IMG/VR virus record: IMGVR_UViG_3300048796_000029
Span: 1-64,000 of that record
Reading direction: 5' to 3' (one strand)
DNA length: 64,000 bases
Source of the DNA: a virus
Lineage: Duplodnaviria; Caudoviricetes
This document shows, one piece after another, positions 55,322 to 64,000 of this stretch. Position numbers and translations under genes: made by a program. Each line of letters opens with the position of its first letter. Within the stretch, counting starts at the first letter, position 1. Under the pieces are notes generated by a model that had not been told where the DNA came from, ran no database searches, and saw only the letters and a list, made by a program, of their open reading frames with translations.

Positions 55322-58300
55322 TAGACTGTTATCTCTCCGCCGTCCTCCGCCGATACTGCGCTTTGAGGCGCTACGGGGGTCACAGCAGCCTCGGGCGCTT
55401 TGCCGGGGGCGATGGGTGGTTGAGCCAGCGCCGGGGCCGTGGCAGCCTTCAGAGCGGCAATCTTAGACCCTTGGTCTTCGACCTTGTGGGAGTCCTTGAT
55501 CTTACTCTTGATGGTTTCGTTCCGTTCAAGCACCGTGCTCCGGGCACCGTCATACTCCAGCGTCGTCGTGCCGCCCTGCGAATACCGGGTCAGCCCAGCC
55601 GTGACAACCATCCCAGTCTCGAAAGCGCCGTCGCTCTCGATGTGCTGCAACTGGTCAAACTGTTCCTGCGTAAGTTCCGCCTTGCGGTTCCGGTGGAGGG
55701 TGACCATGCAGTCGCAATCCTTGGCGATCTGCGAGGAGCCGTCCACGTTGTCAGTGGTGACCATCTTGCCAACCATGATGCGGTGAGGTTGAAGGATGCG
55801 GATCATCTGGATGTTGTAATCCTTGGCGATCTGCGATGTCACCTTACTGATCTGCGACAGGTGCTCAGTTCGATTCGTACCCTTGGCCGATGACGTGGTG
55901 TCAGCAAGCCGTTGGATGTTGTCGATCATGATCCACTTGACGCCGTACCGCCTGATGCAGTCCTTCATCAGGTCGTAAATCTCTTCCTTGGTGCTGTACT
56001 TCGGATAGCAGAAGTAGAGCGTCCCCTTTCGTTCCCCGGCCATTGCCTGCACCTTGGGGATGGCGTCCATGAACTGATCCTTCAGGAACGTCGCTTCCTC
56101 TGACGACTTGGGGATGTTGTCTTCGATCCCGGTGACGTGGCAAATCCACTTCCGGGCCATACGTGCCCGCGTCATTTCGAGGCAGATGATGACACCATCC
56201 TCGCCGTACGCGGAGACCATGTGCTCCATGATGTTCAGGCCGAAGGTCGTGTTGTGGGTAACGATGAAGTCGTCTGTAATGTACAGCTTTGACGGATGGC
56301 TCACCGAGATGCATACTGCCTCATGCTCACCTACATATTCAATTTTCTCGAAAGTCAATCTAGGATCGTTTGTGCCATCTTTCTGGTTTACCAACTTACG
56401 CTTCCGTTCCAATGAAAACACATCCCTTCGCACCGCAGCCGGAAAACGCGCCACAATTATATAAGCGTCTTGACCTGTGCGAAGTTCTCCTTTGTATCGA
56501 AAGGATTTATTCTGTGGTTTACCTACTTTAGCAAGTCCTCCAAGAGACCGCACAAGGTATACAAAGTCTTCGGCAAGTTGCTTGCTTATGGTGCAGTAAG
56601 ACGGCGTTCCATTCTTATTGCCAGCGGTGCCATCCGTGTCCATAAGACCGCGGAGAAGCTCCCAACGTGATTCCTTATCTGCCTCTAGGTAAACCTTTGG
56701 AATGAACTTTGAGTTAGCCTTGTGGCCCCATAGACCTAACTTTCGTAGCGCCTCGGTAGTGGAATTGCCTAGCTCCCCACCACTCACCATAAATTTCTTC
56801 AATGTTTGTGATGAGGCTTTGACATGACCGTTCTTCCAAGTATCCCTGTGGATACCCGTAGCGTTGAGTACGTCTCCCCTCTCTGCTACTTTTTTTTCCA
56901 ACTTCCGCGCCATATACTCATCCACCGTGGTGAAAGAAGGACTCCCACCTACAAATGAACCGTCACCAATAAGAGCGCCTAGCGCCCAAGGATCAATTGG
57001 TAGGGTTGCAGAGCATCCGTAATCCCCCGATGCCAGAGGAATATGTACCTTGCTATGGTGCCTACCATTGCAGTGATCTTGTTGGATACCGTCTGTAGTC
57101 ATAACACGAGGGCCGTTTTCCCACGGATTCACCCCGTCAACCTGCCATAGGTGGGGTTTGCCCGCCAATACAGAACGACCATCGGCAAAGGAGCACCGCA
57201 TAATAGGTTGTACTCCCTGTGGATAAACACCTGTGACATAAGATTCTTTTCCATCTATGGAAGCCACTTGGTCTCCCACCACAAGGTCTCTAATCATTTT
57301 CTTGGAACCGTCTCTCATTATTATGTAAGTTGTTGATTCTAAAAACTTGCCTACCTTCTCTGGCGCTAGGATGTCGATGACATCGCCCTCGTCAATTCCC
57401 AACACCTTGTTGAGTGTCGGCCAAGCCGTCTGGTACTTCGGTTCGACACCGTTGCCCAGAAGGTCTTCGTAGAACTCTTGGACGGAATCGTGTGATGATG
57501 CTACACCGTCAACGTCGAAGAGTCGTGCATCCTCTTTGAGCTTCTGAAGCGCCTCAGCCGTGCCCCCACCAGACACAAACCACTCGTTGAGGTCTTTGCC
57601 TTTGCGGTGCTTTCCTTCGTCCGTGACCACATCGAAGTCCGGCAGCACGATCTTCCAGCACTTCTCAATGCCGATTCGCGCTGCCAAAGTCTGCGCTGCC
57701 TTCTGACCAACCTTGTCCTTGTCGTAACAGATGTATACCTTCTCCACGCCTATTCTGTCAAGCGTGTCGATCCAGTCGGCCTTCTTGAAGTTCGCGCCGG
57801 GGACGCCGCAAATGTCAGTGACACCGTGATCCAGCGCCGCGATGCAGTTCGCCTCGCCCTCGACAAAGAAGACCTCCTTCAAACCTTCGCGCAGTATCTC
57901 GCCGTTGTAGAGAGGAACGTCCCAGCCCTTCAGACTGGAGAATGCCTTCGGCACTTTACCCGGTTGACCAACAATCGGTAGGGTGCGGAAGTGCATGAAG
58001 ACGGCATTCTGGTTTACCAAGTAAGGATACACCAACGCCCGAACTTCACCGCATTCACGAAAGTATCTCTTGGTGAGACCTAACTTCTGCTTTTCAACGA
58101 TCTCACGAGAGAACCCTCTACCATTTATAAGGTAGTCCATCGCAGGATCATCGGCCAGCAGAGCTTCGTGCATGGCTTCAAAGTCAGGCATCTCCTCCAT
58201 CTTAGAGGATTCGCCCTTGCTTCCGCCGTAGCTAGACGTGCTCTCCATCGCCGGGTTCACCAGCTTCAGCTTGTCTTTCAGGCTGAATAGGTTCCCACCC

Positions 58301-58542
58301 TTGCCGCAGTGGTGGCACATGTGCAGGCCGTCGCGGTTCTGATCTGCATCTCCCGCGCCGTGAATCTCCATGCGGAAGTGGTAATTTGAATGTTTACAGT
58401 AAGGACAAGCCTCAATCTCTATGTTAGGAGACGATGCTTCCCGGTAAGTCCAGCCTTGGGACATCACAAGCTGGAACGCCGGACTTCCTTGATATTCTGC
58501 TGGTATGCTCATCGTCTCCTGTGTTTTCTTTTTTTCATCCAA
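55321..58542 (-). CDS. Primase-helicase fusion (Zn finger, TOPRIM, DnaB-like helicase) containing an intein
   Basis: CPYC/CHHC; VEGEANC and CYDKD TOPRIM motifs; Walker A APEKVGK|TT split by the intein; IMIDNIQ. Confidence 0.9.
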   Translation of the reverse strand: MDEKKKTQETMSIPAEYQGSPAFQLVMSQGWTYREASSPNIEIEACPYCKHSNYHFRMEIHGAGDADQNRDGLHMCHHCGKGGNLFSLKDKLKLVNPAMESTSSYGGSKGESSKMEEMPDFEAMHEALLADDPAMDYLINGRGFSREIVEKQKLGLTKRYFRECGEVRALVYPYLVNQNAVFMHFRTLPIVGQPGKVPKAFSSLKGWDVPLYNGEILREGLKEVFFVEGEANCIAALDHGVTDICGVPGANFKKADWIDTLDRIGVEKVYICYDKDKVGQKAAQTLAARIGIEKCWKIVLPDFDVVTDEGKHRKGKDLNEWFVSGGGTAEALQKLKEDARLFDVDGVASSHDSVQEFYEDLLGNGVEPKYQTAWPTLNKVLGIDEGDVIDILAPEKVGKFLESTTYIIMRDGSKKMIRDLVVGDQVASIDGKESYVTGVYPQGVQPIMRCSFADGRSVLAGKPHLWQVDGVNPWENGPRVMTTDGIQQDHCNGRHHSKVHIPLASGDYGCSATLPIDPWALGALIGDGSFVGGSPSFTTVDEYMARKLEKKVAERGDVLNATGIHRDTWKNGHVKASSQTLKKFMVSGGELGNSTTEALRKLGLWGHKANSKFIPKVYLEADKESRWELLRGLMDTDGTAGNKNGTPSYCTISKQLAEDFVYLVRSLGGLAKVGKPQNKSFRYKGELRTGQDAYIIVARFPAAVRRDVFSLERKRKLVNQKDGTNDPRLTFEKIEYVGEHEAVCISVSHPSKLYITDDFIVTHNTTFGLNIMEHMVSAYGEDGVIICLEMTRARMARKWICHVTGIEDNIPKSSEEATFLKDQFMDAIPKVQAMAGERKGTLYFCYPKYSTKEEIYDLMKDCIRRYGVKWIMIDNIQRLADTTSSAKGTNRTEHLSQISKVTSQIAKDYNIQMIRILQPHRIMVGKMVTTDNVDGSSQIAKDCDCMVTLHRNRKAELTQEQFDQLQHIESDGAFETGMVVTAGLTRYSQGGTTTLEYDGARSTVLERNETIKSKIKDSHKVEDQGSKIAALKAATAPALAQPPIAPGKAPEAAVTPVAPQSAVSAEDGGEITV
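56251..57345 (-). mobile_element. 365-aa intein with LAGLIDADG endonuclease and class 3 signature
   Basis: Inserted in the P-loop between K and T; LGALIGDG and LRGLMDTDG; ends VTHN|T; starts with Phe; has HLW and AVCISV. Confidence 0.9.
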
Positions 58543-59069
58543 GAGACTATCTGCACAATCTCTTGAAGTGAGGCATCACCCTTTATCCTGTTAGCTCTCT
58601 TAGAGATAACGGTAATGTTTTCGGGAATGTAGCCTAGTTCAGGTATGAATTTGTCCACGGTAGGAGAGTTGTCTGTAGCGTGTTTGCCGTAAGAGAACTT
58701 CAACGGTATGCCCAGAACTGGACAAAATTCAGGAACCATTATGTCTTCAGATGTGATGGAGAAGGGCAAGCCCTCCAGCTTGGCCCTTCTCCTAGCCAGT
58801 ATACACAAGTAGTTGCCGGGACTTTTGGCTTTACGTTCGTTGCGCTCCACAACAGTTCGCTTACCGTAGTCTCGTGCCTTCTTACGCTGACTCTCAAGAT
58901 TATTCCAATAGTACAGCTTTGCTAGTTCAGCCTTGCAAGGTCTGCACCATGAGTCTAGGCCGTCTTTCTTTCTGGGATGAAAATTGAACAAAGATGTGTC
59001 TTGCTCTTTTTGGCATTTAGTACACACCTTGGTAATCCCAGTGATGGGTCTTTTAGACTTTACCATCAA
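58509..59069 (-). CDS. HNH homing endonuclease
   Basis: KVCTKC...DSWCRPC; CPVLGI...SPTVDKFIPELGYIPENITVISKRAN.IK. Confidence 0.82.
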   Translation of the reverse strand: MMVKSKRPITGITKVCTKCQKEQDTSLFNFHPRKKDGLDSWCRPCKAELAKLYYWNNLESQRKKARDYGKRTVVERNERKAKSPGNYLCILARRRAKLEGLPFSITSEDIMVPEFCPVLGIPLKFSYGKHATDNSPTVDKFIPELGYIPENITVISKRANRIKGDASLQEIVQIVSWMKKRKHRRR

Positions 59070-60309
59070 CCTCCAAGAATTTGTTGGAAACTAACTTCAA
59101 CTGCACCCTTCCCAGACCCTTCGCGTGACGGCCAACGATGGGCTTGGCGACCACACCTTCGCGGATGTGACGAGCGCCTGGCACCAGCGAGTTGCCTGTT
59201 GCCTTGTCCTCCAGAATCTCCTTAGAGAACGGCCCGAAGTAGAGGAACGGGACGCGCCGCGTGTCGGAAGGACGGAAGTCGTACTCAGTAAAGTCATTGA
59301 AGTCCACCCACTTGTTCTCGGGGGTGAAGATGTCGAATACGAAAAACTTGACATCGCCGGGCTTGCAGCCGTAATTGAACTTCGCCTGTGTCGGAGTGAC
59401 TTCGCCGTAAAGTGCGTGGCCGGGGAACTTCTTCAGCCACTCCTCGATCCACGGGTTCTGCTCCAATGCTTTGTGCCACACCGTTCCGGTGCCGGGAGCC
59501 TTCCACTGGTTTCGGGAGCCGACGTATATCACACCGTCGAGACAGATGAACCGGGCGTTCGACCCATGAATCTTCTCGGTCATGACGACGGTCTCGCCTT
59601 CTTGCAGGGCGTCCTTGTAGTTCTTGTAGCCCTCCACGTCGTACACCGGGAGATGGAAGCTCACGTCCTGCGTGAGGTCATCGCGGCGGTTCGGATGGAA
59701 GGTGATCCGACGCCAGATGAAGTTGAACCATCCACGAAGAGTTCGCGGGTAGCGACGCTTCTTCACCTTCGGCGCGTTGGCGGTCTCGCCCTTGGTGCTC
59801 TGTTTGTCCGCGTCTGGGTCGTAGTGCGTGATGCCGAGAAGCTCGGACACGTCGTATCCGGGTACGAGTACGACACTTTTATTGAACGATGGAAAGGTAA
59901 CTCTTCGCACCGGAGGATTCACACTATTGTCCCACCCTCCACCGTAAGGATAAAAGTAGTTATCATCTTGGGTTCCGAAGTCGGAGAGAGGAAGCAGTAG
60001 ACCTTCCGACCACTGACCACGGAACTTGCGAACGGTTATCCTACGCCGTTTCTCAGGAACCGTACCGTCAAGTCCAATGTGGTCATTCCAGATGAAGCGG
60101 AACGCCTCGGTCTGAGGAACCACACTGTCAGGTTGAATGTAGACTGCCAAGTCCCCAACTTTGAACTGATCTTTGCGGACAACGACTTGGTAGTTCTCCA
60201 CGTCGATCAGTTCGAGGTTGGTGGTGTCCGGGTCGGGGTGAGGGCGGAACATGCTTGCGGCAAGCAGCACGACAGGTGCCCGGTGGTTGGCTTTCTTCTC
60301 TTCAGTCAT
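59053..60309 (-). CDS. ATP-dependent RNA ligase (Rnl2/DRB0094-like)
   Basis: TEKIHGSNAR adenylation motif, GEV, FDI, REGVVAK, LKLVS; N-terminal tRNA-binding-like OB region. Confidence 0.8.
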   Translation of the reverse strand: MTEEKKANHRAPVVLLAASMFRPHPDPDTTNLELIDVENYQVVVRKDQFKVGDLAVYIQPDSVVPQTEAFRFIWNDHIGLDGTVPEKRRRITVRKFRGQWSEGLLLPLSDFGTQDDNYFYPYGGGWDNSVNPPVRRVTFPSFNKSVVLVPGYDVSELLGITHYDPDADKQSTKGETANAPKVKKRRYPRTLRGWFNFIWRRITFHPNRRDDLTQDVSFHLPVYDVEGYKNYKDALQEGETVVMTEKIHGSNARFICLDGVIYVGSRNQWKAPGTGTVWHKALEQNPWIEEWLKKFPGHALYGEVTPTQAKFNYGCKPGDVKFFVFDIFTPENKWVDFNDFTEYDFRPSDTRRVPFLYFGPFSKEILEDKATGNSLVPGARHIREGVVAKPIVGRHAKGLGRVQLKLVSNKFLEVDGKV

Positions 60310-60469
60310 GATTGAATCCTCTTTACAAATTCCAAAAATGATTGCAATACATCCGGTTCAAGGAAAACTTTATTGGTAATCTGTTCCCCGTTTGAAGTGT
60401 AGAGCATGACGGCCCCGTCATAGAAAGACTCCGCGTATGCTCCGTCTCCCAAGTATGTTTTTTCAATAC

Positions 60470-60796
60470 TCATTGAATCCTCGGTTTGCTGTGTTGATGA
60501 AACAGTTGGAACCCGATCTTTGTTACAGTATACACCCGGTAGGGACGTTTTGTCAAGCCCTCCTCGGTCTGCACCTTCAGGACACGATCAAGACTCGACA
60601 CATAGTCCGTCGTCGAATCCTTCATGAAGCCAAGCGTCACGAGGTCTCCGATCATAGCAAGGTTCTCTTCGATGACAGCCTTATTCTCGCCACCATCTTC
60701 GGGAGACAATCCGGCGACTAGCAAGAAGCGGGCCTCACCCTCGGTGAGTTGCTTCATCTTATCGCACTGAGTTTGGCACATCTGGTAGAACGCCAC
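60470..60796 (-). CDS. Hypothetical protein
   Basis: ORF in the operon direction. Confidence 0.5.
   Translation of the reverse strand: MAFYQMCQTQCDKMKQLTEGEARFLLVAGLSPEDGGENKAVIEENLAMIGDLVTLGFMKDSTTDYVSSLDRVLKVQTEEGLTKRPYRVYTVTKIGFQLFHQHSKPRIQ
60527..60556 (-). promoter_or_regulatory. sigma70-type promoter
   Basis: Minus strand TTGACA-18 nt-TATACT. Confidence 0.7.
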
Positions 60797-61022
60797 TTTT
60801 GGTCTCCTTGTAGACTCGCACTGCCCTGTGAAGCTCGAACTCGGCCCGCACTGCGTTCTGTGCGATACCGATCAAGTCGATGGCGTTTACGTCAGCCCTC
60901 GACACATTGCGCTTGAGCAAGTAGTTCTGCACCCGCGTCAGTTGATAAATCGCGTAGCTCAGTTGATGTTCTGGCCCCATTATAATCTCCTTGCCCAATC
61001 TCCTAGCAGCATTAGGTGTCAC
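60759..61022 (-). CDS. Hypothetical protein
   Basis: AAGGAG RBS before MGPEHQ. Confidence 0.5.
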   Translation of the reverse strand: MTPNAARRLGKEIIMGPEHQLSYAIYQLTRVQNYLLKRNVSRADVNAIDLIGIAQNAVRAEFELHRAVRVYKETKSGVLPDVPNSVR

Positions 61023-62671
61023 GCCTTCCCAGCAAGATATGAACCGATTATACGGCTGGCAGCGCCTTTAGTCAAGTCTGGAGGAATTGCCTTCCCCTTG
61101 TAAAACTTCTTCAGGGTTTTCAACTGACCCTCCGTTGCCGGGTCTCCGTGCCACTTCTCTTCCCTATTCAAAATCTTCAGGGCTTCAGGGCAAGTCTTCT
61201 GTACCAGACCGTCAGCCGCAGAGAAGATTTCATCGAGCGATTCACGATCCCCTCTGTACTTCTTTCCCTTGATGGTACCGAATACTTCCCATTTGTCAAG
61301 AAGGTTTTGTTCGATCTTCAGAACGTCCTTGTCGGGCAGCATCAGGGTATAGCCACCTGTTGCCGAAGGATACCAACTCAATTTGGAGTTCTCGGTTACC
61401 GTCTCGTCGAAGTGTATCTCGAACAAGTTTACAGACTGAATGTACGACTGCAACTGCGATATATCTGGCAGCGTGTTGAAGTCGATGTGTGGGAAATCCT
61501 TCTGTGCCTGCTCAAGTTGTTTCACAGACTCAAAGAGACTCTGCCCCTTCAGGTCTAGGCTGGCAGACATACCGAAGAGGGTGGGGACAGTCAAGAGGGT
61601 GTTCTTCTTATAGGCATCCACCACATCTATGACCAGAAGGAACTTCTTGCCTTCAAAAAGGCGTGTCCCGCGTCCAACTGCCTGCGCAAAGAACACTCCG
61701 CTGCGTGTGGGTCGGGCCAGTACGATGCAGGCAACTGCCGGGCAATCCCATCCCTCAGTGAGAACTCCACAATTCGTTAGGACTTCAGTCTTACCGGACT
61801 CAAGTCGAGCTATCTTGGCAGAGCGATCAGGGTCGTCTCCCCAAACAGCTTCAGCCTTGACACCGTACTCGCAGAGCATGTCAGCAAGGTCTTGGGCATG
61901 TTTGATGTCAACCGTAAACATGACGGTTTTTAGACCCTTGGCATTATCTAGCCATGCCTTAGCAATGAGTTGGTTGCGCCCCGGAGTGTTCACGGTGTTA
62001 GCAAGCTCTGTCTCATCGAATTTACCACCTGTTGTCTTTACATAGTCTAGACAGGTGTTAGTGGTCACCCTGATGCCTTTTACGTCGGTAAGGTAGCCTT
62101 CTTCGATTGCTTGACGCATCCCATAACTAAACACGATCTTGTCGTAGATGGCGTGTAAGCCTTCGCCGTTGCCTCGGGTCGGTGTGGCAGTGAAGCCTAC
62201 GTGTAGCTTGTGCGTATCGGGACGAAGCACATCCGCGAGTTCATAGAGGTTCAGGTACGACGCAGCGGTCGAGTGGTGGCACTCATCGGTGATGACCTTG
62301 GTGATTTTGTCCCAATCGAAACGAGCGGCGCGTTTGGTACCCTTGCGCCCAAGCGTAGCCGTAGAAGCGACAATGATGTCGGCGTTCTCATCGCCCACGG
62401 CGGTGCCCATCTCCTTCGTCACAGTGACGTTAGGATTGTAGAGCTTCAGCTTCTTGACGTTCTGATCGAGAATCTCTTCACGGTGAATCAGAACAAGGGT
62501 CTGACCGGGCAGCACGTCCTTCATGACTTCAGGGATGTGGGCAAAAGTAACAGTTTTCCCAGTACCGGTCGCCGCCACCGCCAACTGGCGGTGAACCCCT
62601 TTGGCGTAATTGTCCTTGATGGCTTCGAGGTTCTTAGTTTGGTATGGTCTTAGCATTATGAGGGTTTCCAT
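61019..62671 (-). CDS. SF2 DEAD/DEAH-box helicase
   Basis: LRPYQ, AATGTGKT, ITDECHH, GFTATP, VLTEGWD, QAVGRGTR. Confidence 0.92.
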   Translation of the reverse strand: METLIMLRPYQTKNLEAIKDNYAKGVHRQLAVAATGTGKTVTFAHIPEVMKDVLPGQTLVLIHREEILDQNVKKLKLYNPNVTVTKEMGTAVGDENADIIVASTATLGRKGTKRAARFDWDKITKVITDECHHSTAASYLNLYELADVLRPDTHKLHVGFTATPTRGNGEGLHAIYDKIVFSYGMRQAIEEGYLTDVKGIRVTTNTCLDYVKTTGGKFDETELANTVNTPGRNQLIAKAWLDNAKGLKTVMFTVDIKHAQDLADMLCEYGVKAEAVWGDDPDRSAKIARLESGKTEVLTNCGVLTEGWDCPAVACIVLARPTRSGVFFAQAVGRGTRLFEGKKFLLVIDVVDAYKKNTLLTVPTLFGMSASLDLKGQSLFESVKQLEQAQKDFPHIDFNTLPDISQLQSYIQSVNLFEIHFDETVTENSKLSWYPSATGGYTLMLPDKDVLKIEQNLLDKWEVFGTIKGKKYRGDRESLDEIFSAADGLVQKTCPEALKILNREEKWHGDPATEGQLKTLKKFYKGKAIPPDLTKGAASRIIGSYLAGKA

Positions 62672-62934
62672 CCCTTCAGCGCGATGAACTGCACATCCAA
62701 GTTGTCCGGCAGTAGTTCACGGACAACGATCTTTAGCCTGCCCCCATGTACACCCTCGATGTGGCAGCAGTGGCACAAGGTAAGAAGGTTGTTCAAAGCG
62801 TCCGGCCCTTGGTGTGATTTATATATCACATGGTGGGGATGGAGACCGTTTCTGTTATTGCAAAAACGGCAGCGAAAACCATCCCTTCTATAACAAGCCA
62901 ACGCTATCTTAGGGTCAAGCAAACTCACAACCAA
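62656..62934 (-). CDS. Small HNH endonuclease
   Basis: RDGFRCRFC...HH...NLLTLCHCCH. Confidence 0.8.
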   Translation of the reverse strand: MVVSLLDPKIALACYRRDGFRCRFCNNRNGLHPHHVIYKSHQGPDALNNLLTLCHCCHIEGVHGGRLKIVVRELLPDNLDVQFIALKGWKPS

Positions 62935-63272
62935 ACGTGCTCCGTTGGCGTCAAGACGCCCATCGTGAGCTTGATGTCGTCGGCGATCCTCTGCGCATCC
63001 TGCTCTCGGGAGAACCGGATTGCGTCCTCCACGTCAGTTGTCAGTATGGGCTTGCCACCGTTGACGATGTGGTTCAAGTACAATGGAGCGCCATCTTCTA
63101 ACTTAGCCTCCAGCAGCCATGCGATGTCTGGTACCACCATGTCAGCAGGGTAGGCAGCGCACGGGCCTTTGTGACCCTTCTTGCCGCCGCATATCCATCC
63201 CTTCGGGGGCTTTTGGCATGTGTTTGCAGTCTTACTCATCAGCTTCCTCTTCCGTGTCAACCAGCGATCCAT
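62925..63272 (-). CDS. Hypothetical protein
   Basis: ORF in the operon direction. Confidence 0.55.
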   Translation of the reverse strand: MDRWLTRKRKLMSKTANTCQKPPKGWICGGKKGHKGPCAAYPADMVVPDIAWLLEAKLEDGAPLYLNHIVNGGKPILTTDVEDAIRFSREQDAQRIADDIKLTMGVLTPTEHVWL

Positions 63273-63942
63273 TGTTAGCCGGATTGTTCAGGTACTCAAC
63301 TGCAAGCATCTGCGCCGCGAACTCGTTGGATACATCCTTGCTCATACCATCGGAATCCTTACCTGCCGATCCCGCATTGTGCTTCGCAAGCTCTATGGCC
63401 TTGTCCCACTCGTTCTCAGCAACTTCTCTCTGGAACAGCAGGTTGCGCCACGTTTTGTCATTCTCCCCAACAATTCCTTTGAGAGTTCTAGTATGGGTTT
63501 TGAGCAAGTCCATACTTATAGCGTCTCCCTTTTCTACGAATCCTTTGATAAAATCTGCCAACGAGGTTTTGTTCAAGGTTTCAGGATTTGTCCATTCCCC
63601 TTTAGGATCAAGAGAAGTAATCACACGAAGCCGGGTAAGACCCAGCGGCTCGTAAGTCGAACGCGGGATACCGACCGCGTTCATGACTTCTACCATCTTG
63701 ACTAGATACTGGCTCTTGGACTCCTTCAACTTCAAAGTCTTTGCAAATTCACTGAAGGTACTAAAACCCCAACTAACATAGAAGCTCTTTGACTTAGCAG
63801 TGAAAAGAAGCTCAGCGATGTCGAACTGTGATTTACTTGTGCCCTCGATCAGCGTCTCTAACTCTTTCCTTACTGAAGCAGATTCCCCTGCCACAGCCTC
63901 ACCGTAAATTGCAGGCTGGCTTACAATGCTGAACTCGTTCAT
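63232..63942 (-). CDS. Hypothetical protein
   Basis: GGAGGAG RBS; 236 aa. Confidence 0.7.
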   Translation of the reverse strand: MNEFSIVSQPAIYGEAVAGESASVRKELETLIEGTSKSQFDIAELLFTAKSKSFYVSWGFSTFSEFAKTLKLKESKSQYLVKMVEVMNAVGIPRSTYEPLGLTRLRVITSLDPKGEWTNPETLNKTSLADFIKGFVEKGDAISMDLLKTHTRTLKGIVGENDKTWRNLLFQREVAENEWDKAIELAKHNAGSAGKDSDGMSKDVSNEFAAQMLAVEYLNNPANNGSLVDTEEEADE

Positions 63943-64000
63943 GCTCCTCCGATATGCTTCATAATTCTTGCTACATGAGTTAGGAACTCTTCATATCCCT

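Noticed and set aside
1-64000. Host assignment and lifestyle
   Set aside because: No integrase, repressor or flanking host genes in the window, and no database search was possible, so neither can be supported.

Overview
Tailed dsDNA phage genome segment with a P22/podovirus-like virion module: terminase, portal, scaffold, capsid, head-closure and tail proteins, and three candidate ejection proteins; no tape measure was recognised. Genes run on the + strand to ~44.7 kb (morphogenesis, nucleotide metabolism, class II RNR) and on the - strand from ~45 kb (RecA, primase-helicase, SF2 helicase, RNA ligase, endolysin). The window is heavily invaded by selfish elements: about 11 free-standing HNH, EndoVII or GIY-YIG endonuclease ORFs, one LAGLIDADG intein with class 3 signature residues, and four small ORF-less group I introns (two in portal, two in major capsid) that the ORF track misses. 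The main finding is a fifth insertion of only 51 nt in the capsid gene (14285-14335). It has a full P1/P10 internal guide, a U.G splice pair, the family 3' TAAC motif and a terminal G, but no catalytic core. It can also pair to the exon directly beside the next full intron, and it matches that intron's P9.0 better than that intron's own 3' end does. I infer a core-less 'satellite' intron spliced by its neighbour's ribozyme. All pairings were read by eye; no folding, database search or experiment was run.
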